In this document: positions 1 through 8,248 of the stretch, piece after piece | Layout: every line of letters starts with the position of its first letter | Numbering within the stretch: the first letter of the stretch is position 1 | Source: an uncultured virus (IMG/VR IMGVR_UViG_3300049570_000094) | Lineage: Duplodnaviria > Heunggongvirae > Uroviricota > Caudoviricetes | Virus record (IMG/VR): IMGVR_UViG_3300049570_000094 | Direction: 5' to 3' (one strand) | Length of the DNA: 25,875 bases | The notes under the pieces: model-generated | The model's database searches: none | What the model saw: only the letters and a program-made list of their open reading frames with translations | What the model was told of the DNA's origin: nothing | Position numbers and translations under genes: made by a program

Positions 1-252
1 CTTGTCTTCATCAAAATCGAACTCACGGCAGTAGCAGGCAATTTCCGAAAGTTGAAGCGGCTGTTGCGCCATGAAATACTCGCGACGCCGATTCAAGTCC
101 AAGAACGCTCTCAAGTAGTCATGCAAATACCAAGGCAGCGAAGGTTTGTCTCTCAGCGCTTGTGGAAGTTTTCCACTCGCTTCATACATTCCTTTTAATG
201 CCTTTTCCTCTTTACCCCAAACTAGGTGCCACTTAATTGCGGCACGGAGTCT
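1..252 (-). CDS. -1 frameshift extension of tail assembly chaperone (gpGT-like), runs off the window
   Basis: Manual translation of the -1 frame after GGGAAAA (252-258) is open to base 1: RLRAAIKWHLVWGKEEKALKGMYEASGKLPQALRDKPSLPWYLHDYLRAFLDLNRRREYFMAQQPLQLSEIACYCREFDFDEDK. It has the P-x-L...AF-x-x-L...R...PL-x-x-SEI-x-x-Y pattern I recall from phage gpT-type segments. Confidence 0.85.
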
Positions 253-677
253 TTTCCCAAGTTGTCCTCCGTAAACATCAGGAAGGCGTTCTGATCTTCC
301 GCATAACCCTTGATCTTGTTACGGAACAATTCGTTCTTCAACAGCTTCGCAGCCATCGTCTGATCGAACGTTCCGTTCTGATAGGGCACGCCGTCGATCT
401 TCACTTCGGGAAGTTTTCCGTTTACTTCTTCCAGCTTCATGTCCTTCAAAACGGTCTGTGCATAAACTTCCTGCATCAGTTCATCCGAAAGATCATGCGC
501 AGTATCGTCATCCTGTTCTAGCGACGCACGAACCGCCTTGTACTTACGACGAAGAACGCGACGGAAATTCGGATTCTGCGCACGTGCCACTTTAACCATG
601 ACGCCGCGTGCAATTGGAAACCAAACACCTTCGACTTCTTTCTTCTCGTCAATTACGTTGTCTTTGAAAAGGTCCAC
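222..677 (-). CDS. Tail assembly chaperone (gpG-like), 151 aa
   Basis: Directly downstream of the tail tube gene; GTG start with AGGAG RBS; N-terminal 'EVEGVWF...VKVARAQNPNF' is typical of siphovirus chaperones; slippery site near the 3' end. Confidence 0.85.
   Translation of the reverse strand: MDLFKDNVIDEKKEVEGVWFPIARGVMVKVARAQNPNFRRVLRRKYKAVRASLEQDDDTAHDLSDELMQEVYAQTVLKDMKLEEVNGKLPEVKIDGVPYQNGTFDQTMAAKLLKNELFRNKIKGYAEDQNAFLMFTEDNLGKDSVPQLSGT
252..258 (-). promoter_or_regulatory. Programmed -1 ribosomal frameshift site G-GGA-AAA
   Basis: X XXY YYZ heptamer in the correct frame (TTG GGA AAA GAC), analogous to lambda G/GT GGGAAAG; the -1 frame is open. Confidence 0.85.
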
Positions 678-720
678 TTATTCGCTCCTGATTTATTTCC
701 TGAGCGCTCCTTGGAAGTAG

Positions 721-782
721 CTCCGCACTGGCGATAGGGAGCGATCTATCAAACCGGCCGTAGGCCGGCTGCCAGTGCGGAG
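721..782. other. Intergenic three-way-junction RNA structure
   Basis: 12-bp perfect stem 721-732/771-782 enclosing hairpins gatag/ctatc (733-750) and ccggcc/ggccgg (754-768). Confidence 0.7.
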
Positions 783-795
783 TTCGGTATTACGG

Positions 796-1989
796 CTATG
801 CCACCGGGAAGGTGTCGATTTGCACCATGCAATCCGTATCCGGATCGCGGAGCGCAGTGAACTGCGTATCCGCCATAACATCCGAATCGAGCTGTGATGC
901 GTTGAAAGTGAACTTCTCGTATTTGCAACGCGGCGAAGTCCAGATCATCATATTTCCGAGCGAGTCAGCAAGCAGCATCGAGAACGCGAAAACCTGCGTC
1001 TGCTTGAACATGTCTGCCTGAGCCTTCGACTCGAAATATTGACTCGCGGTGTAATTCACCATGAGCTGACCGGCGACGACACCCACGTTACCGAGAACCG
1101 AAAGGCCCTTCTGTTCGCGGTGCTGATTATCCAGCTCCACGCTCAGCGAAGAAATCGAACCCTTGGTTCCGAACGCAGTGTTGTTCTGCGTAACGCTGCG
1201 AATGCTCGCAACGCAATTCAGAATTTCCGTAGTCGAAGCGTCCACAATCGACTCACCAGCGAACGTAGTACCTTCCGCGAGCGAGCCGCCCTTGCCGATG
1301 AAATTGAACGCGCCGGTCAAGATCGCTTTCGTCTGCATCTGCAACGAAACGCCCTTCACACGCATACCTGTAAAGATATGCCGCGTCATCACCGTTGTAT
1401 CATTGAATTGCTTGACGAGCGTATAGCTGCGCTCGGTAATTCCGTTGCGAAGCATCTTGCCGTCGATATGCGCAGCAGCAAGAGCCGGAGTTTCAGCAAC
1501 AGCAGGCTGCGGAACAACCGTCAACGTCTGATCGTCCGTAACTTCCGTAACGAGGAACACATCGTTCAGAAGCGGATTCGTGAAACCCGACAGCTTCAAC
1601 CACTGACCGACAACAACGCTAGCGAATTTGCCAGCCGTAGTAGACGTAAGATTGTCCGACGCAGCCGCAACCGTGGAAATATCGCCAGCCACACCGACAA
1701 TTGCCAGCGCACTCGACCATGTTCCCATAAGAGCCGATTCAATCAAATCTTCGAACGTGCCGTACGACAGCTCGAAATTGAATGCACCACTCGGAGACGA
1801 ATCGACAAGCACGGTGTCATCGAGCATTCGATCCGAGCGAATTTCTTTCGATTTCTCGAAAGACAGATTTTCGTCAAGGGACTCTCCGGTATAACGCGTT
1901 TCAATCAGCGCGGGACTAGCCGGAGTAGTGCCCCAAACACTTTCACGCACGCGATAGAGCGCAGTGCGGTTGGCCGATGCAAGACTCAT
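796..1989 (-). CDS. Major tail (tube) protein, 397 aa
   Basis: N-terminal 'E-x-x-WGTTP...RYTGESL...SKEIRSDR...G-x-F-x-FELSYG' tail tube pattern; lies between tail terminator and chaperone. Confidence 0.85.
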   Translation of the reverse strand: MSLASANRTALYRVRESVWGTTPASPALIETRYTGESLDENLSFEKSKEIRSDRMLDDTVLVDSSPSGAFNFELSYGTFEDLIESALMGTWSSALAIVGVAGDISTVAAASDNLTSTTAGKFASVVVGQWLKLSGFTNPLLNDVFLVTEVTDDQTLTVVPQPAVAETPALAAAHIDGKMLRNGITERSYTLVKQFNDTTVMTRHIFTGMRVKGVSLQMQTKAILTGAFNFIGKGGSLAEGTTFAGESIVDASTTEILNCVASIRSVTQNNTAFGTKGSISSLSVELDNQHREQKGLSVLGNVGVVAGQLMVNYTASQYFESKAQADMFKQTQVFAFSMLLADSLGNMMIWTSPRCKYEKFTFNASQLDSDVMADTQFTALRDPDTDCMVQIDTFPVA

Positions 1990-1995
1990 TTACTT

Positions 1996-2403
1996 TCAAA
2001 CCTCATCGAAATAAAAAGGGATTTGAACCCCGGTGAGACACCAGTTATCGGTGTCGGAATTTGGCATTTCGCGTGCGTCATAAAACGTCACGCCGCCGAA
2101 CTGTTTGCTCCTGAAAGCTTTCGTGATCCTGTCCGCGATCAAGTTACGGTCGCCATCACCTTTTCCGCGCCGTACATAGATCGTGAATACTACAGTACCG
2201 CGATGCCGCGAGCTATCCTGATTCCCTAGAAAAAGCTGATTATCTTCCGGGAAGTAGGTTCGCTGCCGCACGTAAGAAGTCTGCCCTTCGGACAGAGCTA
2301 GATCGAGAACATTTCCATGAAGCAAAGGAAAAGCAGGATCGACAGATGCCATAGCATCTGCCGCTTCATCAATTGCCTTTGCTGCTTGCATGCGAGTTGT
2401 CAT
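1996..2403 (-). CDS. Putative tail terminator protein, 135 aa
   Basis: Size and position immediately upstream of the tube gene; 'G-x-V-x-F-x-IYV-x-x-G-x-G' and C-terminal 'V-x-IPF' pattern. Confidence 0.7.
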   Translation of the reverse strand: MTTRMQAAKAIDEAADAMASVDPAFPLLHGNVLDLALSEGQTSYVRQRTYFPEDNQLFLGNQDSSRHRGTVVFTIYVRRGKGDGDRNLIADRITKAFRSKQFGGVTFYDAREMPNSDTDNWCLTGVQIPFYFDEV

Positions 2404-2921
2404 TATTTCAGCAAGTCGAATTGCGATCTAACGGCCGCGTATCCGCCTGCTTTCGCACGCTCGATAATGTCGGACACGCTGACCTTTCCGATGGAATTTG
2501 CTTCGTAATACTCAGCGCTCCCCGGATCAAATCCCGGAATAGACGCTGACAGCGGATTGTAAACCACGATCCCATCGAATTTAATCGTGGCAAACGCAAC
2601 CATTGATTGAATAGCAACTTCGTACTGATACATTTTCACTGATTCAGTCGAAGCACCCTTTGACCATTTGAATCCGACTGGCTCAGTGGGTTTGTGCTGT
2701 CCATATCCCCACATGAGTTCAAATCCTTCCGGACTGAATGATCCGCCCACTTTGGGAGCGATCCGCCAGTTCGCCATCGCCTGACCGGAATCAGACGGCG
2801 TAGCGTCCACACACGCAAGAAAAACCCGCGATGCGATTTCAATCGCAGCGGCACGCGGAATCAATTTCAAATCCTTGACGATTCCTGCGAGATATTTCTT
2901 GTTGTCGGAATAGACGCTCAT
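2403..2921 (-). CDS. Putative neck/tail-completion protein (HK97 gp10-like), 172 aa
   Basis: 'TPSDSGQAMANW' resembles the TPVDTG-x-x-R-x-x-W motif; synteny. Confidence 0.7.
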   Translation of the reverse strand: MSVYSDNKKYLAGIVKDLKLIPRAAAIEIASRVFLACVDATPSDSGQAMANWRIAPKVGGSFSPEGFELMWGYGQHKPTEPVGFKWSKGASTESVKMYQYEVAIQSMVAFATIKFDGIVVYNPLSASIPGFDPGSAEYYEANSIGKVSVSDIIERAKAGGYAAVRSQFDLLK

Positions 2922-3803
2922 TTAATTCGCTAGTGTCAGATACCACTCATCGAGCAAAGCATTCTGCGCGACGTTGGAAATTCGGCTCGTCTTTCCGGCT
3001 ATCGTGATAAGGTCATCGACTTTCGGTTCGACACCGATCCACGATTTACGGATCATGAAGCTGAGCTCGGTTTCCAGAACGTTCTCATCCTTTGAACGTT
3101 TTGATTGAAGGGGTTTCACTCGGCCGGTAACGTTGTATGACGTTTGTGCAATCGTATTTTGCTGCGTGTCCGTATCGTATGTTTCAGCACCGAGTGAAAC
3201 GTAAATTGCATTGATCCGATCATCAGGCTCGGTTGTTGCACGAGCCGAAATCAATCCAGAGTCAACGTAATATTCCAGAACGAAATAACTACGGCTCCCA
3301 ATGACGACAGTATCGTCACGGTTCAAAGCCGTGTTAATCGGAAGAAAAAGAAAAAAGCTACCGTAATGTTCGATTGAATCGTCCTGATTCTCCGAAGCAG
3401 AACGAAGCTCGGAATCTCCGAACGTAGTTGCAATTACGGTATCTACCGCCCAACCGGGATCATTAGAAGGACCGATTGGTGCGCGACGATGAACAACGGC
3501 CGGTCCCTGCACAAGATGTAAACCAGCGATGAAACGGTAGTAACCGTCCCATGCGTCTTTATGAGACGCACCGACCATGAAAATTTCACCAGTATCCGGA
3601 ACACGAATAACCGGACTTTTCGGTTCTTCACCGGGAGCGCAAGTCAACAAGCGCTTGCGCGTCGGGCGGTTCCAGATTTCGGTAAACGTATCCGTTTTCT
3701 TTAGCTGGCCGCGCAAAGCGCGCTCTAGCCAAAGTCCGGTAGCGAAATCATAGACGTCAAACGCTTGAGTATCGAAATATCGCGCGGTTTGAAAGATATC
3801 CAT
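2922..3803 (-). CDS. Putative head-closure/connector protein, 293 aa
   Basis: Position between adaptor and neck genes; beta-rich with 'P-x-x-DD-x-I-x-I-x-G' style motifs; TAATG coupling to the upstream gene. Confidence 0.55.
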   Translation of the reverse strand: MDIFQTARYFDTQAFDVYDFATGLWLERALRGQLKKTDTFTEIWNRPTRKRLLTCAPGEEPKSPVIRVPDTGEIFMVGASHKDAWDGYYRFIAGLHLVQGPAVVHRRAPIGPSNDPGWAVDTVIATTFGDSELRSASENQDDSIEHYGSFFLFLPINTALNRDDTVVIGSRSYFVLEYYVDSGLISARATTEPDDRINAIYVSLGAETYDTDTQQNTIAQTSYNVTGRVKPLQSKRSKDENVLETELSFMIRKSWIGVEPKVDDLITIAGKTSRISNVAQNALLDEWYLTLAN

Positions 3804-4294
3804 TAAACGCTACCGGGGCTTGGATTCGTACCAGTATTCGTGACAGGATCGTAAGCAGGCTGCACAGTGCCGAAATGCACAATAGCCGCAGGCGTTTGAA
3901 AGCCGGGAACAGAAGATTTAAGAGCATTCGCGTAACGATCGCGCATGCTGATAATTCGTTGGATTGTTTCGTCCAGATTGTCTTTTTGAAAGCGCTGCAT
4001 TTCTGCATCGCCGTCCGTGATCTTCTGCGCAGTAATCATTTGAAGCTGCGCAGCCATAATCACTGCGGACTCATACTGACAGAAAAGAATCAACGCTGAT
4101 TTAATCAGCTTTTCATCGTCCGTAGGATTTGATTTCGCCCAAAGCGTAGCGTGATCCGGATACACAGGCTTGAGCGAAAAAATAAGTTGGTCACGGACGT
4201 TCAGATTGTTAATCTGAACGTCCGTGACCTCACGCTCCGTGACTCCAAGCGCAGCACGAATTTGATCGGTACTGGTGTAAAGAATTTGAGTCAC
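3803..4294 (-). CDS. Putative head-tail adaptor, 163 aa
   Basis: N-terminal 'YTSTDQIRAALGV' adaptor-like motif; GTG start with GAGG RBS; synteny. Confidence 0.65.
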   Translation of the reverse strand: MTQILYTSTDQIRAALGVTEREVTDVQINNLNVRDQLIFSLKPVYPDHATLWAKSNPTDDEKLIKSALILFCQYESAVIMAAQLQMITAQKITDGDAEMQRFQKDNLDETIQRIISMRDRYANALKSSVPGFQTPAAIVHFGTVQPAYDPVTNTGTNPSPGSV

Positions 4295-4308
4295 GGATAT
4301 TTCCTCAG

Positions 4309-4800
4309 TTACGGCAGATTGTTGGCAGCCTTGAATTCTTCAACGCGCTTGGCGTAGTCCTCGTCGGCCTCGCCTTCGTTCTTTTCCGGAATTTGCGGAG
4401 GCGTCGAATTCGAAGCAGCCTTCTTCGCAGCCTTTGCAGCCTGCGCATCCGCCACGTCCTTTTCAGCCTTCTTCACCTTCGAAGCATGAGCGGCCTGACG
4501 CGCAGCACGATCCTTTTCCGGATCGCCTTCCACCAGCTCAATAATTCCGCCTTCAATCTGCGAAATCATCCAGCCGGAGAAATACGGAACCTCGGTCAGC
4601 TTTCCAGCGGGAATATAAATTCCCGTAGACGGATCGCGCAGATCGAAATTCTTTGCACGAACAACACCCGGATTCTTTTCGCGCTCGGTATGAGTCGCGC
4701 CTTCATCCTTCTTCGCAGCAGCAGCATTCGCTTTCGCGTGATCCGCCGCAGTCTGAGCGGTTGTCTTGACCGCTCCCGTTCGAACAACTGCACCAGCCAT
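4309..4800 (-). CDS. Hypothetical protein after major capsid gene, Ala/Lys-rich, 163 aa
   Basis: Strong AAGGAG RBS; fills the gap in the operon; small folded core flanked by low-complexity segments. Confidence 0.7.
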   Translation of the reverse strand: MAGAVVRTGAVKTTAQTAADHAKANAAAAKKDEGATHTEREKNPGVVRAKNFDLRDPSTGIYIPAGKLTEVPYFSGWMISQIEGGIIELVEGDPEKDRAARQAAHASKVKKAEKDVADAQAAKAAKKAASNSTPPQIPEKNEGEADEDYAKRVEEFKAANNLP

Positions 4801-4825
4801 TAAATTTCTCCTTCAAGCAGAAATT

Positions 4826-4852
4826 GAGCGAGCCGGGAAATCCGGCTCGCTC
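4826..4852 (-). terminator. Stem-loop after major capsid gene (weak terminator or mRNA stabiliser)
   Basis: 11-bp perfect stem gagcgagccgg/ccggctcgctc with a 5-nt loop, followed on the minus strand by AATTTCT (imperfect U tract). Confidence 0.65.
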
Positions 4853-4863
4853 TGTTACAGGGA

Positions 4864-6087
4864 TTACGTCGTCAGCGTCAGAACCGAGAACGCTTCCGGA
4901 TATCCGGCGCTTTCGATGCGCTCCGAATAATCCATACGCATTGCCGTGCTCTTGCGCATGACATATTCCTCGATAGCCTGATAGTCCGCACCGACGTAAA
5001 CGATGCGACGCAGAGCCTTCGAAGAATCCAGACCAACAATCGTGTTGGTACCGAACGTCGGGTCCTCGGTAACGAAGATATTGATAAAACCGGGGATACC
5101 GGGCAGAGCAAAACGCGGGACCGTATTCAGACGTTCATCGGCGCCAGCGGGAGCGGACGTTTCGTTGACAGTCGGACGACCCGTACGATTCTGGATCGCG
5201 AAATACGTGTCCACGTCGCACACGGCCCAATCGAGCGTGCGCTTGCGACGGCCAGTAAGCAGCCACTTCACCCACGCTTTCTGCGTCAGCACGCCGTCAG
5301 CAGAAATCGAGCTATCGAAATCCTGTGCCTGTACAGCGGAAGTGATAATTCCAGCTTCGCCGGAATCCACACTGCCGTTGACGATACCAGCGAAATCCTC
5401 GTCCAGACGATGCGAGTGTTCCTCAAGCGCCTGTTCGCGAATTGCGATACCGACAAGATCAAGAGTAGAAGCAGCCTGCGCTTCCTTCGAAATCTCGATA
5501 CCGATCGACCACACCGGAATTGCACGCTGCACCTGCGAAGTGCTGATGGACAGCATACGAACCGGCTCCGCCATCTGCGCGATCGGCATCGAGCGATATC
5601 CGCGCGGCTTCGACCGATCAATGATGACCTGCGTGTAGATATTCGACGTGATAGTGCGCGTAAACGCGACCATCTGCATAAACGTCGAATTGTACGTAGT
5701 GCGATCGTCCCGAAGCGACGCTTCCAGAAGATCAAGAAGAACGGCCGGGAAAAAGATTCGACCCGCAGGAGTCTGCGATGCAGAACCATCCGGACGTTCG
5801 ATGACAGCGGCCATATTGATACCGGCCTTGCCATCCATAATGTCCTTGATCGTCGGCGGGCGCAGACCGAAATTGCGATCTTCGGCCATGAGAAGGCCGC
5901 AGCTCGCCATCATCTGCGCAAACGTCGTACCGTCACGATTTGGGTCCCTTGTTGGATATTTCCGATTCATGTACTGCGGAAGCGTAAGACCAAGTTCCTC
6001 AGCGGACTTGTAATCTTCCAGCTTAACCTCGATTTCCTGACGCTCGCCTTCGCGGTCAATGAAGCTAACCTGATTTGCCTGTGGCAT
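4864..6087 (-). CDS. Major capsid protein, 407 aa
   Basis: Follows protease, scaffold and decoration genes; GAGGT RBS; followed by a stem-loop; size and C-terminal 'PEAFSVLT' fit an HK97-fold capsid. Confidence 0.85.
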   Translation of the reverse strand: MPQANQVSFIDREGERQEIEVKLEDYKSAEELGLTLPQYMNRKYPTRDPNRDGTTFAQMMASCGLLMAEDRNFGLRPPTIKDIMDGKAGINMAAVIERPDGSASQTPAGRIFFPAVLLDLLEASLRDDRTTYNSTFMQMVAFTRTITSNIYTQVIIDRSKPRGYRSMPIAQMAEPVRMLSISTSQVQRAIPVWSIGIEISKEAQAASTLDLVGIAIREQALEEHSHRLDEDFAGIVNGSVDSGEAGIITSAVQAQDFDSSISADGVLTQKAWVKWLLTGRRKRTLDWAVCDVDTYFAIQNRTGRPTVNETSAPAGADERLNTVPRFALPGIPGFINIFVTEDPTFGTNTIVGLDSSKALRRIVYVGADYQAIEEYVMRKSTAMRMDYSERIESAGYPEAFSVLTLTT

Positions 6088-6111
6088 TGGAATTAATTAC
6101 CTCGATTTAAA

Positions 6112-6597
6112 TTAAGCAGCCGGACCAAGCGTGCTGCAAGCTTCGATGACAACTTCTTTGTTCTGCGCGCCTGCGTTGCCCTTGAGAGAAACAACACGCC
6201 AAGCAAACGCTTCACTGCCGTCGCCCTTCTGCACAAGCGGAAGATTCGACGCATTTGCAACTCCGACTGCCGCCTGCGCGGTAGCCTTTACGTAATCGCC
6301 AACAACAAGAGCCGTTGCAGCGTTATTGATTGCGGTAATACGCATACCGGGGAGCCAGCGCTGAACGCCGCCATGCGCAAAACCGTTATTCACCGTGCCC
6401 GGCTCGATGCTGGTAACGATGCCCTGAATCGCATCGTTATTCGCGCAGAGAACATAGTTCTCATTCGCCGCGATTTTCACAGCCTTACCAATATCAGCCT
6501 GCGCAAGCTTGTGGTCTGCATCCACACCGAGCGCCGACGTGATAATTGCGCCCGGAGGAAGCGGCACATTTTCATCAAAACGAAGAGTGACAGCCAT
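6112..6597 (-). CDS. Putative capsid decoration/cement protein, 161 aa
   Basis: Immediately upstream of the capsid gene; 'DIGKAVK...LC...I-x-G-x-V-x-S' beta-rich small-residue composition. Confidence 0.65.
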   Translation of the reverse strand: MAVTLRFDENVPLPPGAIITSALGVDADHKLAQADIGKAVKIAANENYVLCANNDAIQGIVTSIEPGTVNNGFAHGGVQRWLPGMRITAINNAATALVVGDYVKATAQAAVGVANASNLPLVQKGDGSEAFAWRVVSLKGNAGAQNKEVVIEACSTLGPAA

Positions 6598-6605
6598 GTT
6601 TCTGA

Positions 6606-7355
6606 TTACCTTTTCCGAGAGGGAAGAGACGTTACCTTGGTAGCAGCGCTCGCTGCCGGATGAACATCCGTCGAAGCAAGAAGATTATTCGGCGGATTTG
6701 TTACTTCGTCAGAAGCGGTAGATTTCCCGCCAGTGACGTAAGCCTTATCAAATCGCTCGCGCATCGACGTGTACTGAGCGCACAAATCGGCATCGGAGAG
6801 ACCTTCAAGACTCGGCGGCTGCGTGGAAAATGCGACCGCAAGATTCTTTGTTGCATTAAGCACAGCCTTGCGCAGAGTTTCGTTATCAGCCTTCGCTTTC
6901 GTGTTGGCTTCCTCGATCTGCGACAGCTTTGCTTTCGTACTGCCGAGCGTTTCATTCGCAGCATTGAGCTGCGTTTGAAGATGCTCGTTAATTCCTTTCT
7001 GCGTCGTAAGCTGCGTATTAAGCGAAGTCACATTTCCTTTCAGAGTTGTGATTTCCGCAGACAGTTCAGCGTTCGTAGTTTCGACATTATCATCGCCGCC
7101 ACCTTCGCCGCCTTCACCACCTTCGCCGCCGCCTTCGCCGCCTTCACCTTCACCAGCACCGGCTCCTTCGCCAGCATTCAAATCTGCCGTGCCCTGCGCT
7201 GCCGGTTTCTTTTCCGGATTTGCAGGCGGGGTCGCAGCAGCTTCCAATTCCTCGACGGACGGCGCGCCAGCAACAACCGCGCCCGCCGCCATCTGAGCAG
7301 CAAGTTCCGGAGTGATCCGGCTTTTCTTCTTGCCGATCTTGATCGCTTGTGGCAT
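6606..7355 (-). CDS. Putative capsid scaffolding protein, 249 aa
   Basis: Gly/Glu low-complexity linker followed by a long heptad coiled coil; lies between protease and decoration/capsid genes. Confidence 0.65.
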   Translation of the reverse strand: MPQAIKIGKKKSRITPELAAQMAAGAVVAGAPSVEELEAAATPPANPEKKPAAQGTADLNAGEGAGAGEGEGGEGGGEGGEGGEGGGDDNVETTNAELSAEITTLKGNVTSLNTQLTTQKGINEHLQTQLNAANETLGSTKAKLSQIEEANTKAKADNETLRKAVLNATKNLAVAFSTQPPSLEGLSDADLCAQYTSMRERFDKAYVTGGKSTASDEVTNPPNNLLASTDVHPAASAATKVTSLPSRKR

Positions 7356-7384
7356 TTCTCAATTACCTCTTGGTTAGTACGGTT

Positions 7385-8248
7385 TTACCGTAGCGCCGCA
7401 GTACGCGGTGCATTTTCCAGCTTCTTGTTTAGCTTTGCAATCACATTCTCGACCGGCTGGATCGAATCGAGAAGGCCCATATTGAGCGCTTTATCAGCAG
7501 CAAAAACTTTGCCGGTCGCCCAAGTATGGACCGTTTCAACCTTGACGCCAGTATTGTGCGCCAATGTATCCACGAATTTGTTGTGACCTAGCATCAATTC
7601 CGCTTCAATTTCTTGCTTCGCTGTGTCATTGAGTTTTTCATACGGAGTTCCAAGCGCCTTATACGGCGCAGAGCGAAACACCGTCGCCTTGATTCCTTCC
7701 ATTTTCAGTGCTTCGGTGATTTCCCTATGCACATAGATTGCGCCAATGGAACCAATCGACGCATCCTGATCCGCAATCATCTGTCCGCCTGCACTCCCGT
7801 AGACAAGTCCAGCGCTAAGCTGCTTGGAAATATCATACGAAATAACAGGCATGATTTTCGCGTTGAATTCGTAAATGAAACGGCTCAGAGAAAACACACC
7901 TTCGGAAGTACCGCCGTTCGTATCAATCGTCATAACGACAGCTTTTGCTTCGGGATCATCATGCGCTTGAATAAAACGAGCCTTGATATCCTCGTATGAA
8001 GGAATGCCGAAAATCTGACTGAAAAAGCTACTGCGAGCGATCGTGCTACCTTCGATACCGATCACAGCAACATTTCCAATAAGATCATATGAGACAGGAT
8101 TAAAATCTGCCTCATCATCTTCGCTTGCACGCAACTCAATTTGATGCTTCATCGCATTGAGCGAGCCGTATTTCTCAATAGCTACTTCGATATCACGAAG
8201 CAGTTCGAAAAACGAAGCAGCACTGCCTAGCCAGAAATTAAAACTCAT
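7385..8248 (-). CDS. Prohead maturation protease, peptidase S49 (SppA/lambda gpC-like), 287 aa
   Basis: Motifs 'VAVIGIEG', 'IDTNGG', 'SAG' (catalytic Ser region), 'IGSIG', 'YKA', 'G-x-VF-x-A-x-x-A-x-x-x-GL-x-D'. Confidence 0.9.
   Translation of the reverse strand: MSFNFWLGSAASFFELLRDIEVAIEKYGSLNAMKHQIELRASEDDEADFNPVSYDLIGNVAVIGIEGSTIARSSFFSQIFGIPSYEDIKARFIQAHDDPEAKAVVMTIDTNGGTSEGVFSLSRFIYEFNAKIMPVISYDISKQLSAGLVYGSAGGQMIADQDASIGSIGAIYVHREITEALKMEGIKATVFRSAPYKALGTPYEKLNDTAKQEIEAELMLGHNKFVDTLAHNTGVKVETVHTWATGKVFAADKALNMGLLDSIQPVENVIAKLNKKLENAPRTAALR

Noticed and set aside
721..782. Hammerhead ribozyme or tRNA identity for the three-way junction
   Set aside because: No CUGANGA/GAAA core on either strand; no T-loop, D-loop or four-arm cloverleaf.
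1039..2229. 396-aa plus-strand ORF, and similar long antisense ORFs at 5410-6096, 6660-7586, 8731-9522 and 17109-17975
   Set aside because: They lie opposite well-supported structural genes, have Arg/His-rich non-protein-like composition and no evident RBS; these are codon-bias shadows.
6088..7375. Recurring AGGTAAT upstream of the capsid, decoration and scaffold genes as a late promoter
   Set aside because: Its spacing to the ATG fits a Shine-Dalgarno sequence (GAGGT).
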